From an uncultured virus (IMG/VR IMGVR_UViG_3300032213_002933) (Duplodnaviria > Heunggongvirae > Uroviricota > Caudoviricetes), in the IMG/VR virus record IMGVR_UViG_3300032213_002933: a stretch of DNA of 64,000 bases; one strand, written 5' to 3'. The notes beneath the pieces are model-generated. The model worked only from the letters and a program-made list of their open reading frames with translations. It was not told the DNA's origin and made no database searches. Both the position numbers and the translations under genes were made by a program. This document shows positions 35,609 through 45,440 of this stretch, in pieces; within the stretch, counting starts at the first letter, position 1, and each line of letters begins with the position of its first letter.

Positions 35609-35828
35609 AGTCATCATCCGTAGAGTCAAAATAATTTTCTATGGCCTGCATTCTAACGGTGTCAGCTACTCTTCTGAAGGACTCTGCATGTTCGTTTTCA
35701 TTTTCATTAGCAAGGTAATCATATGTTTCAGCGATATGCATAGCTGTTTCATAGTCTATTACTATGGCAGTATCTCCAATTGATAGTTTGACGCTTAGCT
35801 TTTTTTTATTATTCTGTTTCTTTGACAT
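35595..35828 (-). CDS. Hypothetical protein
   Basis: ORF within the operon, overlapping its neighbours. Confidence 0.6.
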   Translation of the reverse strand: MSKKQNNKKKLSVKLSIGDTAIVIDYETAMHIAETYDYLANENENEHAESFRRVADTVRMQAIENYFDSTDDDYEEW

Positions 35829-36027
35829 TAATTTCTTCCTTATTATTTACTCTATGTATTGCAAGATTATCAGTATCTGGCTCAAATGTTACAAAAAAAA
35901 TATTCTTATCCTCTAAAGAATAGCCTTCAGGAGGAGGGCTATCTAATGCTATTTTCTTGGAAGAGGAACCATAGACTTGGCTATGATTTTTGTATACTAC
36001 TAAATAATTTAACTTAGCTGCTGGCAT
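35809..36027 (-). CDS. Hypothetical protein
   Basis: GGAGG ribosome-binding site; within the operon. Confidence 0.6.
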   Translation of the reverse strand: MPAAKLNYLVVYKNHSQVYGSSSKKIALDSPPPEGYSLEDKNIFFVTFEPDTDNLAIHRVNNKEEINVKETE

Positions 36028-36469
36028 GGTTTGCCTCCAAAACTTCTACGGAACACTCAGACAAAAACTTCTTCACTTTAGGCCATTCTTTATAGGACTG
36101 ATCGGATAGGCAATAGACTGTATCTACTGTTGAGTTAGCAATTAGTTTAGCACAAGAAAAGCACGGTGGTCCATTGATATACATTTTTTTTGCTCTTGAG
36201 GAATAGTCAGAGTGCAGTAGCGCATTTGCTTCTGCATGAATTGCTATACAGTTATCATAGATGGAACCATTTTCGGAACCTTCCGTTAGTCTGGGGCATC
36301 CGCCCTGATCACAGTGAGTCACTCCACTGGGGCCACCGTTATAGCCAACTCCAACTATATGTCCATACTCATCTACTAAAATAGCAGCGTACTTTCTTTT
36401 GGCGCACGTTGAAAATATCTCAGATATGGAGCTACATAACTCCATGTATTGTTCATCTTTTCTATTCAT
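36014..36469 (-). CDS. dCMP deaminase (ComEB-like)
   Basis: STC.KR, GYNG, HAEANA, PCFSC. Confidence 0.92.
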   Translation of the reverse strand: MNRKDEQYMELCSSISEIFSTCAKRKYAAILVDEYGHIVGVGYNGGPSGVTHCDQGGCPRLTEGSENGSIYDNCIAIHAEANALLHSDYSSRAKKMYINGPPCFSCAKLIANSTVDTVYCLSDQSYKEWPKVKKFLSECSVEVLEANHASS

Positions 36470-36476
36470 TAGACTA

Positions 36477-36635
36477 TTACTTCACCATTAAGGCTGCAAC
36501 TATGCCTGAAACTAGACATAAAAGAATTGCAACTGTTTTTTCTTTTCCTTTTGGAAGAGATTGATTTAAAATTTGAAGTGAAACGCACCAATTAATAACA
36601 AAAGTAAATACTAAGATTTTTAATATGTCAATCAT
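36477..36635 (-). CDS. 52-aa two-TM membrane peptide (not in the ORF track)
   Basis: MIDILKILVFTFVINWCVSLQILNQSLPKGKEKTVAILLCLVSGIVAALMVK; fills the gap between thyX and the deaminase. Confidence 0.65.
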   Translation of the reverse strand: MIDILKILVFTFVINWCVSLQILNQSLPKGKEKTVAILLCLVSGIVAALMVK

Positions 36636-36636
36636 A

Positions 36637-37338
36637 CTAACCTCTAGTGAGGAGTTCTATGCAGATTGGGAATTTATCCATAATAAGAGTATGTATCGCT
36701 CTTGCATATTCCTGTATTTCTTTTTGCGAATCTTCTGCTAATCTCTGATTTAGGAAAAGAGCTACAGATTGTAGGCTAGCAGACCATCGGTATACAACAT
36801 GCATTCCATAGGCTGGTAAAAATAATCTAGCTTGTTCTGCCGCAACACCATTCTGCATAGCCATAGAGTAAAGTGCTTCACCTTGAGCAATATAATCCTG
36901 TAATTGCTGAGTTAAAAGTGATCCTGTCCATGGGTCTATTGGTCCACCAGATCCTTGCTTTTTATTATCCGGAGCCAAGCGCCATTGCTCATTGGTCGGA
37001 ATGTAGAACTCCGGATCCATAGTAATATATCTTCTACTAGACTCATTCCATGAGTCCATTGTGTGATCAGAGCCTACTACATACTTCCAGTGCTGACGAG
37101 CAACCATGAGAGGAGCCTTCATTTCAAACGTCATAAAAGCGTGACGAAATGGAGACATATGATTTTCTCTTACTAGAAAATCCAACAGTCTTCCATCGTT
37201 GACTGTCATTTCCTTAGATTCTTTAGCAAATGACGCTCTTGCAGCATTTACGACAGATAGGTCGGAACCCATAACGTCAACTAATCTAACGTATCCGTTA
37301 TTTAATACCGTAATTAATTTATCTTCATTCTGTTCCAT
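36637..37338 (-). CDS. thyX: Flavin-dependent thymidylate synthase
   Basis: VVNAARAS, HMSPF, VARQ, NESSRRY, EQARLFLP, QKEIQEYA. Confidence 0.93.
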   Translation of the reverse strand: MEQNEDKLITVLNNGYVRLVDVMGSDLSVVNAARASFAKESKEMTVNDGRLLDFLVRENHMSPFRHAFMTFEMKAPLMVARQHWKYVVGSDHTMDSWNESSRRYITMDPEFYIPTNEQWRLAPDNKKQGSGGPIDPWTGSLLTQQLQDYIAQGEALYSMAMQNGVAAEQARLFLPAYGMHVVYRWSASLQSVALFLNQRLAEDSQKEIQEYARAIHTLIMDKFPICIELLTRG

Positions 37339-37681
37339 CTTCAAAATCCTCATCTTCATCATCAATGATTGTAAAAGAGATAAAGCTATCTGTCATGCAA
37401 TCATTAAAATCTTCTGATATTTTATACAACGAACCAAGTATATCAGATATTTCGCTATCTGGCTCTCCGAGCATATTTTCTCCGTCCAGAGAAGCTATGA
37501 TCACTTCTGTGATATTGGAAATATTATCAGCTAGCGCCTGTTGAATTAATAGCAGTTCTTTTGCCCCGAGCTTTACCTCGGTAGCAAAAGAATCTGATAT
37601 CTCTTTTAGTTCATTAGAATTAACTATTTCAGAAAATTTCTTTTCAAAGTCTTCATTTTCAAACTCATTTTTTTCGGACAT
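37325..37681 (-). CDS. Acidic hypothetical protein
   Basis: ORF between nrdJ and thyX. Confidence 0.6.
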   Translation of the reverse strand: MSEKNEFENEDFEKKFSEIVNSNELKEISDSFATEVKLGAKELLLIQQALADNISNITEVIIASLDGENMLGEPDSEISDILGSLYKISEDFNDCMTDSFISFTIIDDEDEDFEDGTE

Positions 37682-37685
37682 AGTA

Positions 37686-39620
37686 TCACTTGATCGGGCA
37701 AGCTCCGCCTTCGCACTCAAGACTATCTATTAAATCCACATTGCCAAAATCGGTGAAGTTAATTCCATCTTTAATTTTTGACTTTAGTTTATTATACATT
37801 TCTTCAGTTATTTCTTCATATGGAGCAAGAGTAAATCCATGCTCACTGTGTAGTAAGAATGATACTGATTTCACTTTATTCTTATAATTCTTTTTCATCC
37901 ACTCTTGTATTTCTGGCAATTCTTGTTTCTTGTAATAAACGGTAACACTTACGTTGTTATCCGCCCATGCTGATTGAGCCTTAACTACCCATTCAAGTTG
38001 ATCGATTGCAGTTATTTGACCTGCAAGGGTAGCGTGATCAGGAGTTTTGCACGGGAAATCAACAACACAAATGGTATGATTTTCTTTGCCATCTAAGCCT
38101 ACATCGTACTGAACCTTGTGTCCCTTGTCTCTACAGTAATTCACTAGTGGATCATTACTGCCCATGCGTACGCGACGAATATAATATTGTGCGTAAGCCG
38201 GATGGATGCCAGGTGTTACCCCAGCTAGCAGACTTAAGGTGCCACTTGGCTTTACTGTTGTTAACTTAATTGACTTATTTATCCCTAGCGTAGCGGACCA
38301 CTTTTCGTCAATCTGCTTAAGGTTTTTATATGCTTCATCAATCCATGACAACTGCTCTTCTGTGGCCTGCAGCCAACCTGTAATGCCCTGGCCTAATCTT
38401 CGATTTCTCTCAATAACATCTTGACTCTTCTTATACGGGTAAGCCAATGTCGTTATTGCCTTCTGAGTCTTGTAGAGAAGCATGCTCACATCAAAAAGCT
38501 CTTCCTTTGAACTGATATTCGGAAGGAAAATTTCAGCTAGATTACAGGGCTCTCCATCTTCAAGTCCGATTTCCCCACAAGGATTAGTTCCAATGACCTT
38601 TGAGTCATTAGCCTTTTCACCCAATCTGCCATTCTTGCGAATAAGATTTCTATTGATCAAACCATAGGGTTCACCTGACCCGTCATAGCCCTTCCAGAAT
38701 TCGTCAATAATCTCTTCGTACGCGTCGGCATAGATTGAATTATTTGAGTTGCCACGCCAAGCGGGAATGTCACCCTTGCCCCAATTCTTCGCCTTTAAGA
38801 AAAGGAAATCATCAGGGTCTCCGATAGCTATTTGGGCAGATCTTCGAGCAGAGCCAGCTACAACTATCTTTCCGATGATGTTAGCTATGTCCAATGCGTC
38901 GATTGAACGAATTTTTTTTCCGATACGAGAATTCAGAATATCACAAATATTCTTAATGCCCTCGATAAGAACTTCGGGACCAGAGGCTGTTCCTCCAAAC
39001 GTTTTCAATGGTGCGCCATACCCTCTAACTAGAATGGTACTGTAAGTAAACGATTCGCCAGTTTCAAAATAGCTTCTCAAAACTTTTCCGAGCAGTGCCG
39101 ACCAACCTTTTCTTGAGTCGCCAACGATAAAGTCGGCGTCGTTGGTTTTTTCATGTCGAATAAATTGAACATTTTGAACCTTGGGGAAGTCGTGAACATT
39201 CGCTCGCTCTACGGTGAAGCCAACGCCACCACCCACCATTAAATGATCCATTAAGAATTGGAAGTCTTCTACCTTGGAGATTGTTGTCATCCAACAGTTT
39301 ACCAAGGAGACGCCACTCATCTGCTCCACTAAAGGCGTGCCCAATTGCCATAGGCAACGTCCGGCAAATATGCCCTTAAGATTAAAAATATAATCGAATA
39401 GTCTTTCTGCCTCTTCTTCTGTGTAGCCTGCCCCTATTTTCTGAGCGCCGTCTATACAACGTGCTATAGTCTCATGCCAATATTCTTTTCTACCTAAGGA
39501 CTCTATTTCTCTAGAATAAGTTCTCCGATATACTATTTCCCCTAGACCATTAAATCCCCAAGGAGCTACCTTGTTTGCATATGAGTTTACAAAGTCTTTA
39601 GAAAGAATACTGTTTTCCAT
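37686..39620 (-). CDS. nrdJ: Class II (adenosylcobalamin-dependent, monomeric RTPR-type) ribonucleotide reductase
   Basis: RTYSR, GRCLW, NC, GGTASGP, TNPCGEI, VKPSGT, C-terminal ECEGGACPIK. Confidence 0.93.
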   Translation of the reverse strand: MENSILSKDFVNSYANKVAPWGFNGLGEIVYRRTYSREIESLGRKEYWHETIARCIDGAQKIGAGYTEEEAERLFDYIFNLKGIFAGRCLWQLGTPLVEQMSGVSLVNCWMTTISKVEDFQFLMDHLMVGGGVGFTVERANVHDFPKVQNVQFIRHEKTNDADFIVGDSRKGWSALLGKVLRSYFETGESFTYSTILVRGYGAPLKTFGGTASGPEVLIEGIKNICDILNSRIGKKIRSIDALDIANIIGKIVVAGSARRSAQIAIGDPDDFLFLKAKNWGKGDIPAWRGNSNNSIYADAYEEIIDEFWKGYDGSGEPYGLINRNLIRKNGRLGEKANDSKVIGTNPCGEIGLEDGEPCNLAEIFLPNISSKEELFDVSMLLYKTQKAITTLAYPYKKSQDVIERNRRLGQGITGWLQATEEQLSWIDEAYKNLKQIDEKWSATLGINKSIKLTTVKPSGTLSLLAGVTPGIHPAYAQYYIRRVRMGSNDPLVNYCRDKGHKVQYDVGLDGKENHTICVVDFPCKTPDHATLAGQITAIDQLEWVVKAQSAWADNNVSVTVYYKKQELPEIQEWMKKNYKNKVKSVSFLLHSEHGFTLAPYEEITEEMYNKLKSKIKDGINFTDFGNVDLIDSLECEGGACPIK

Positions 39621-40338
39621 TTTTATCTCCTGAGTTGATTTCTATTGTTTTTATGTATTTATTACTAGTTTTAGCTAATTCAGCTAATTTTATTTTCTTA
39701 ATTTGTTCTACTGAATAGACTTTGTGTATTTGCTTTTCAAAAAAGTAACCGCTTCTCCAGTTGAAAACTTTATCCACATTTGATTTATGGTTAATGAATA
39801 TGTTACATATAACAGCTCCACCGTATGCCTTGACTAGATTAGTCAGCTTGGCATTTAATAGTGATATGTCTATCTTGGACATGTCTTCGATCTCTTCAGC
39901 TTTTTGATATAACCAATTATATGCCTGTCTTGTAATCGGAGATATGTCTATCGGATCTATTATACCTAATCTTATGATTTCATTTCTTGTTTCATTAATT
40001 TTTATGTCTTCTTTTAAGATATCTAGGTAAAGACTAAACCAATCATTCTTGCCGAATTGAGCCCATCCTGTGCACCAAAATAATAGATTAGTAGCTGGAT
40101 CGGGGATAGTTGTTTTTTCCATCAGAGGAAGTATAGTAGCACAGCTGATTGCCTTCTTCACATGCTCTTTTGCGGCTTCTTGATTTTGTATTTTATTAAT
40201 GGAATTTTTCCATAAGGTTGCTATTGCGTCCTGCCAAGACACATCCGCAACATAGAGCTTAAGGTACTTTTCTGCAACGTTAATGGGTAGCGAGTTGTTA
40301 TCGATAGCCTGTTGCACTTCTTGTATAGACATCATCAA
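39598..40338 (-). CDS. Hypothetical protein, first gene of the replication/metabolism block
   Basis: 246-aa ORF with AAGGA ribosome-binding site. Confidence 0.7.
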   Translation of the reverse strand: MMMSIQEVQQAIDNNSLPINVAEKYLKLYVADVSWQDAIATLWKNSINKIQNQEAAKEHVKKAISCATILPLMEKTTIPDPATNLLFWCTGWAQFGKNDWFSLYLDILKEDIKINETRNEIIRLGIIDPIDISPITRQAYNWLYQKAEEIEDMSKIDISLLNAKLTNLVKAYGGAVICNIFINHKSNVDKVFNWRSGYFFEKQIHKVYSVEQIKKIKLAELAKTSNKYIKTIEINSGDKNGKQYSF

Positions 40339-40341
40339 TCC

Positions 40342-40443
40342 TTAATAGTTCCAGATAAAATTATGTAAACATATATACTTGTCCAGGGAAACAGACAACC
40401 CCGCCTCATGTGGACGGGGTTGTTGTAACAATGGCTTTCTCAT
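40342..40443 (-). CDS. Putative leaderless 33-aa leader peptide (uORF) containing a strong hairpin
   Basis: TGCTATAAT, 6 nt, ATG; MRKPLLQQPRPHEAGLSVSLDKYICLHNFIWNY; stops 3 nt before the next ATG. Confidence 0.4.
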   Translation of the reverse strand: MRKPLLQQPRPHEAGLSVSLDKYICLHNFIWNY

Positions 40444-40449
40444 TCCTGC

Positions 40450-40458
40450 ATTATAGCA
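40450..40458 (-). promoter_or_regulatory. Extended -10 promoter driving the replication block
   Basis: TGCTATAAT. Confidence 0.65.
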
Positions 40459-40486
40459 TGAGAGTACCAGATTATGTTCTATTGAC

Positions 40487-40687
40487 TTAGTCTTTTATTG
40501 TTGCTGCGCTTTCAGGATTACCCATTTTCGTTGCAACTAAACCTTTAACTACACTTATTGCTGCTGCGACTGCAGCTGTGGCTGCTGACTTGATTTCATC
40601 AACACCACCTACTGTATAGACAGCAATAAAAGCTTGCGCTGCTGTCCAAATAGCTCTTTCTAAAATATCTTTTTGTAATTTATTCAT
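40487..40687 (-). CDS. Holin, r1t-like
   Basis: ERAIWTAAQAF...AAAISVVK pattern; two hydrophobic segments. Confidence 0.7.
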   Translation of the reverse strand: MNKLQKDILERAIWTAAQAFIAVYTVGGVDEIKSAATAAVAAAISVVKGLVATKMGNPESAATIKD

Positions 40688-40697
40688 GGTACCTACC

Positions 40698-40976
40698 TTA
40701 GGAAAAATTCTTTCTAATTAGCTTCTCTATAAGAAGATGAAAAGTTAAACCTAGCCACACTCCTGTGAATATACTTCCTGTTATTTTATTTTCTGTATGC
40801 CTCCAAAAAGCTCGAGTTAGTGTCTCAATTTTTTTGGACTTTATAGCATATATGTCATACGCTATAATCCCCAGGGCCAAGCCGCCCCAAGCTATGGTCC
40901 CACTTTTTTTATCATCTTTTTCTAAGATGAGCGGAGTACCAAATATTTTAGAGAGCTTTAGCGGAAGGAACTCCAT
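40698..40976 (-). CDS. Small membrane protein
   Basis: Two hydrophobic segments; ETLT..F and HLL motifs. Confidence 0.6.
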   Translation of the reverse strand: MEFLPLKLSKIFGTPLILEKDDKKSGTIAWGGLALGIIAYDIYAIKSKKIETLTRAFWRHTENKITGSIFTGVWLGLTFHLLIEKLIRKNFS

Positions 40977-41580
40977 TGAATTCTTTGACCTTTTCGCGAC
41001 CGTAATCTCCAGTAGTATTTGCCTGACCATAACCAGCAACAAATACTACAGTACTTGTGACACCATTGAATTGAGTCGGTTGGAAGAATCCAAACGAAGC
41101 AGCTGCGCCAGCAGCATCTGTGCGCTGAGCGTGGCCAGTGTTGGCAAAAATATCAGCAGAAGGTACACCGTCAAATATGCTGTTATCATATAGGGCATAA
41201 TCGTTAACTCTGTTGTATGCGTGTCCAAACGTTGAGGGGAATGCAGATGCGCCAGCTAAGCCTTTATACTCTTTCGGCTTGAATCTAGCTCCATCATATG
41301 TTGCAGAACCGTCAGGGAACGTGCCAGAAAGAGGATGTACATATAACGTAGATCCGTTAAATAACTGGGACAGGAATCTGTTTCCAGGGAACTGACCGGT
41401 GCCAGGAGCAAAATGATTGTCTGGCGCACCATCTAGAACGTGACTGGTGCTATATAGTGGATAAAAAGAATATGTACCAGTGCCCTTGGCTTTGCCGGTC
41501 ATTGAGACATATGGGTTAACCATTCCAGCTGTTGTTCTGCCCTTTAATACTGGTCTGGGCCCTTGGTAAAATGTTGCCAT
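40948..41580 (-). CDS. Gly/aromatic-rich putative virion protein
   Basis: AAGGAG ribosome-binding site; preceded by a TACTAT motif; at the end of the structural module. Confidence 0.65.
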   Translation of the reverse strand: MATFYQGPRPVLKGRTTAGMVNPYVSMTGKAKGTGTYSFYPLYSTSHVLDGAPDNHFAPGTGQFPGNRFLSQLFNGSTLYVHPLSGTFPDGSATYDGARFKPKEYKGLAGASAFPSTFGHAYNRVNDYALYDNSIFDGVPSADIFANTGHAQRTDAAGAAASFGFFQPTQFNGVTSTVVFVAGYGQANTTGDYGREKVKEFNGVPSAKAL

Positions 41581-41643
41581 TTATTTTCTCCTTATAAAAA
41601 GATACGTGTCCTTATAGTACACCCAAAATGTTTTTTTTAAACC

Positions 41644-42909
41644 TTAGTTGTATTGAATAATTAAATCAGACAAAACTGGAGCTGTTGTGTCATTTGCCAC
41701 ACTTAAGGTGACTTCAATCCATACATGATTATTGGCGCCCGGATTTTCCAAACTATATGTTCCACCATTGTCATATATAATTCTATAGTCAAAAACATTG
41801 CCTATTTGACTTAGGGGTACATTATATATTTTTGGCGTAACGTTAGTTATTTCCTCAATTACATCACCAGTCTTTGGAGTATACTTTATTATTGTTCTTC
41901 CGATTGGTAAGAATTTGTCATACCTTATGTCAAGATCAGAAAGGCCATAAGTATATATATAATTTCCAAGTTCTGTAAAGTAATTCTTTTGATTAAATTT
42001 TATCCTTATAGCAGTGATGTCTGTACTGGGGAATTGATAACATAGTGGTCCTGAATTCTTTACCGAATCCGTCCCAGCTGTATTCCACCCACCAGGTGGA
42101 ACCTTACCTATTGCAGAAATATCTCCATCATAGTACCCTTTGGAATTAAGCGGTATCCATGTATCGCTATCTGATAATGATGGATCTGTATTAGTGGTGT
42201 ATTCTATTGAATAAATTTCTACCCCAAATGCTGGGAAGGGATTAAGTTTAATTGCATTTGTCTTACTTGATCCTGATATTTCTGGAGACACTCTCACATA
42301 GAGCATCATCTGAGCTCCAGTTACTGGATTACTAGGTGAGATTACTGTTCTTTTCCAAACCTTATCAGGAGAGTCTAGAATAGCATTGTATACGGGAGTG
42401 GAGTCAATAATAGCCCCATTGGTGTCTACTCCGGCAAAACTGAGACTTAGCATGGTCTTAAAGTAATCGGGGACAATCTGTCCGACACCCGGCTGCCCAA
42501 ATTTGAGTTTTGAAAAAGATCCGCTAGACACTTTAGGTAGGGAAATTACGTTATACGTTGGATCAAAACTTAGTAATTCAGTCCCTGCTAATGAAAAACT
42601 TGTCCCAATAAAATTAGAATAATCCAACTGAGAGAATGAGTGAATGGATAAGGTGTTACTCTCGGATTCTAAAGCTTTAATTCTATCAGAAATATCATTG
42701 ATTGCATTTGATAAAAAGGCGTGATCCTTGAGAACTCGCTCGAAGGCGTCTGACAGTTTTGTGTCAACCATATTTGATTTATTATATAAATATACTAAAT
42801 CTTGATAGTTTTCTTCTATTCTAGAATTATAATCAGAGCTGTCAACGGGTCCGTTATACTTATAATCTCTTTTTTTGGTTTTTAAAATATCTGCCATTTC
42901 AGTTGCCAT
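41644..42909 (-). CDS. Virion structural protein (baseplate-associated paralog 4)
   Basis: N-terminal coiled coil plus beta-rich domain; YTYGLSDLDI motif shared with upstream genes. Confidence 0.65.
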   Translation of the reverse strand: MATEMADILKTKKRDYKYNGPVDSSDYNSRIEENYQDLVYLYNKSNMVDTKLSDAFERVLKDHAFLSNAINDISDRIKALESESNTLSIHSFSQLDYSNFIGTSFSLAGTELLSFDPTYNVISLPKVSSGSFSKLKFGQPGVGQIVPDYFKTMLSLSFAGVDTNGAIIDSTPVYNAILDSPDKVWKRTVISPSNPVTGAQMMLYVRVSPEISGSSKTNAIKLNPFPAFGVEIYSIEYTTNTDPSLSDSDTWIPLNSKGYYDGDISAIGKVPPGGWNTAGTDSVKNSGPLCYQFPSTDITAIRIKFNQKNYFTELGNYIYTYGLSDLDIRYDKFLPIGRTIIKYTPKTGDVIEEITNVTPKIYNVPLSQIGNVFDYRIIYDNGGTYSLENPGANNHVWIEVTLSVANDTTAPVLSDLIIQYN

Positions 42910-43294
42910 TTTCTAATAGTGAAACTTTGTAAAATAATCTAGCTAATTTACCACTTAGCTTATTCATGGTATCTACCTCAAATGCATTCTCGATAGAATC
43001 TATATCATCTATATAGATACCTACGCCATCAATGGCATAACTTATTCCATCGTCTAGTTTTGAGTTTTCGTTATAATCTATTATATCTCCGATAAGATAC
43101 GTTATCTTATCTAAAACCGTTAAATTTACTGTTGTAAGTTCATTTAATATTCTTGCAAAGTCAATTTTTAATAAATTACTCTCTAAGTTTTCAGACAAAC
43201 TATTTCTTGGAGACTTAAATTTTACTCTATTTAATTGAAATAAAGGTTCTTTAATTCTATTTTTATTTTCGGTCTTATTAAAAGTAATAGCCAT
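42899..43294 (-). CDS. Putative virion structural protein
   Basis: Within the structural operon; helical. Confidence 0.55.
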   Translation of the reverse strand: MAITFNKTENKNRIKEPLFQLNRVKFKSPRNSLSENLESNLLKIDFARILNELTTVNLTVLDKITYLIGDIIDYNENSKLDDGISYAIDGVGIYIDDIDSIENAFEVDTMNKLSGKLARLFYKVSLLENGN

Positions 43295-43295
43295 T

Positions 43296-45440
43296 TTAGC
43301 CTTCTTCGCTATGCTTAAATTTAACTCTTATACTATCTATCGATGGTGATACTAACGGGTTGCTTGACCTATATAAATCTGCCCTATATCTAATTGCATC
43401 AATGGGTCTAGTTATCTCTGAATAATACTTAATCTGAGACACGCCATGTAGATATTGTGATGCAATGATTTCTCTAGAACCCAATACATTATCTATAGTA
43501 AATGTAAAAGATGAATCTGATACACGTTGCCTAAATTCATATGGATCTAGATAGGTAAAATAATCTAAGAACAAAGTTCCATAGTCAGATATTGATTTTC
43601 CAGACATGATATTGAAAGTTATTAACCCTTCAAAATTTTTATCATACGCAATTTTTATAAAGTTTATTCCTTTTTTAAAGTTCCATTCAACATCTTTACT
43701 AAGTGTTCCGCTAGGAAGATCAGCTATTAGGGTATCATTAAGGTATATGGCTAAGTTAAAATCTTCCCTACTCTTTGTCACTACATGTACAGCGTTGTTT
43801 TCTGAATCGCAGTTAATCTTAGCGTCTAGCAGGCCTGAGCATATACCATAAAAGCCTGGACTAATAGAACTTAATTGGTTTACTATTGGGGAGCTAACGG
43901 TTACATCTGATCCATTGGCAGCGTTTACTTTTTCACTCCATACATTTAATGCCCTGTATATTTCTACTGCATTTACGGATGATGATCTTACTATCGAATA
44001 ATTTTTAAATGAATTTATTCCAGACAAAATAAATGGCTGTTTCATAACCTCTGTGCCAACTACTGCTATTCTGTAAACGCTCTTATCAAAATATACAGAC
44101 GTATTGGGATTCAACTCATTTACATTAAGGGATGTTGTATTCAAGTCAATTAACTCAAGTCCACCCTTATTTAGCCCACCATCCTCTATGGTTTTCATAG
44201 ACTTAGTTGAAGATTGTAGGTTAACGGATGTTGGATTTGAATTATTATTTGCGTTTATTGGATCAATCGCTATCCAGTTAAAGTTTTCGATTCCAACAGC
44301 GGATGGATTATCTACTGCTATAAAATAACTTATATCATAGCCGGATCCTGTTTGGTGACTTACGTCAAGCGCAACTGATTCTATCGCCAGTAAACCATTG
44401 TCAGTGACTGGAATTGATAATGGTTTAGATATTAGGGTTGCTCTTTTGTCATGATATTTTGCACCTATGAAAAGGTCCCTTAGCCCAAAGGTATACGTAT
44501 AAGGTTTGTCAGAGTTATTAGAAGTTTCATCAGGATATGTTTTAAATAAAGTTAATTTAATTCTAGAATATTTTAATGGATTAAATGTAAAAGAAAATCT
44601 ATCATAATCAGATCTTGAATTTTTAACTTTTATTTGCTCTGGAATTGAAGAATCATTTGGAGTTGCTGTTACGATTATAGTGACTGGAGTTGTTGTTAGT
44701 AAGCTTCCTTCAATTTTAGATATCGTAAAATTATTATTAATAGGGATATCAATGTCCATTGAAGTCAAGGACGATTGTGCTGATTGATGTTTGTAACTCC
44801 AATAAGTATCGGTTAATCCATCTAAAACATTATCAAAATCACCAATAGAGGTATTACTGTAAACCTCTGCTCCATTTTCAAATATTGAAACCTTTACAGA
44901 CTCAATATTTACTATAGACGAAGATATCATATCAAATATACCAGAGCTAATTTTTGGAATAGTTACATTCCCTATAGATGTGTCAACAAAGGCGTCAGTT
45001 AATGACATATCTATGTCATTTGTATTTGAAAAATGATCAACTAAAGAATAAAAAAATCCATCTGAATTTAAATTAGAAAATATTAACTGATCTACTTTTC
45101 CTTCTAGCTCTCTTCTTTTTGTTTTTAAATTTGACAATCTTTTATTCAGAGAAGTTATTGTTGACATTAATTCATAATTATTTTCGTTAAGGCATTCATA
45201 TAGAATTTCTAGATTAAATAGAGAAGTTATCATTAACTCATTGAGATCAGAGTGATTGATTACATCAGACTGATTTAAGGCATCGTAGTCAACTGAAATG
45301 GGAATGCCAAGTCTATTGCTTGAAAAGTATATATTAAATATTTTTCTTATTTCTTGTTCTGAGGGTTTATTGCCAGACGAATAAAATAGTTTATATATAT
45401 TGTTTAAAAATTTTCTTTTTTGTATTGTTGCTATGTTCAT
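43296..45440 (-). CDS. Virion structural protein (paralog 3)
   Basis: Coiled-coil N-terminus; YTFGLRDL, WIAIDP, SPSIDS motifs. Confidence 0.65.
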   Translation of the reverse strand: MNIATIQKRKFLNNIYKLFYSSGNKPSEQEIRKIFNIYFSSNRLGIPISVDYDALNQSDVINHSDLNELMITSLFNLEILYECLNENNYELMSTITSLNKRLSNLKTKRRELEGKVDQLIFSNLNSDGFFYSLVDHFSNTNDIDMSLTDAFVDTSIGNVTIPKISSGIFDMISSSIVNIESVKVSIFENGAEVYSNTSIGDFDNVLDGLTDTYWSYKHQSAQSSLTSMDIDIPINNNFTISKIEGSLLTTTPVTIIVTATPNDSSIPEQIKVKNSRSDYDRFSFTFNPLKYSRIKLTLFKTYPDETSNNSDKPYTYTFGLRDLFIGAKYHDKRATLISKPLSIPVTDNGLLAIESVALDVSHQTGSGYDISYFIAVDNPSAVGIENFNWIAIDPINANNNSNPTSVNLQSSTKSMKTIEDGGLNKGGLELIDLNTTSLNVNELNPNTSVYFDKSVYRIAVVGTEVMKQPFILSGINSFKNYSIVRSSSVNAVEIYRALNVWSEKVNAANGSDVTVSSPIVNQLSSISPGFYGICSGLLDAKINCDSENNAVHVVTKSREDFNLAIYLNDTLIADLPSGTLSKDVEWNFKKGINFIKIAYDKNFEGLITFNIMSGKSISDYGTLFLDYFTYLDPYEFRQRVSDSSFTFTIDNVLGSREIIASQYLHGVSQIKYYSEITRPIDAIRYRADLYRSSNPLVSPSIDSIRVKFKHSEEG

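Noticed and set aside
22346..39620. Inteins or introns in dnaE, helicase, thyX or nrdJ
   Set aside because: Lengths are normal, motifs are contiguous, and no intein termini or homing-endonuclease motifs are seen
40345..40480. Cobalamin riboswitch upstream of the nrdJ block
   Set aside because: The AGGGAA/CCCCGC fragments are on the non-coding strand, no B12 box is seen, and the region is short
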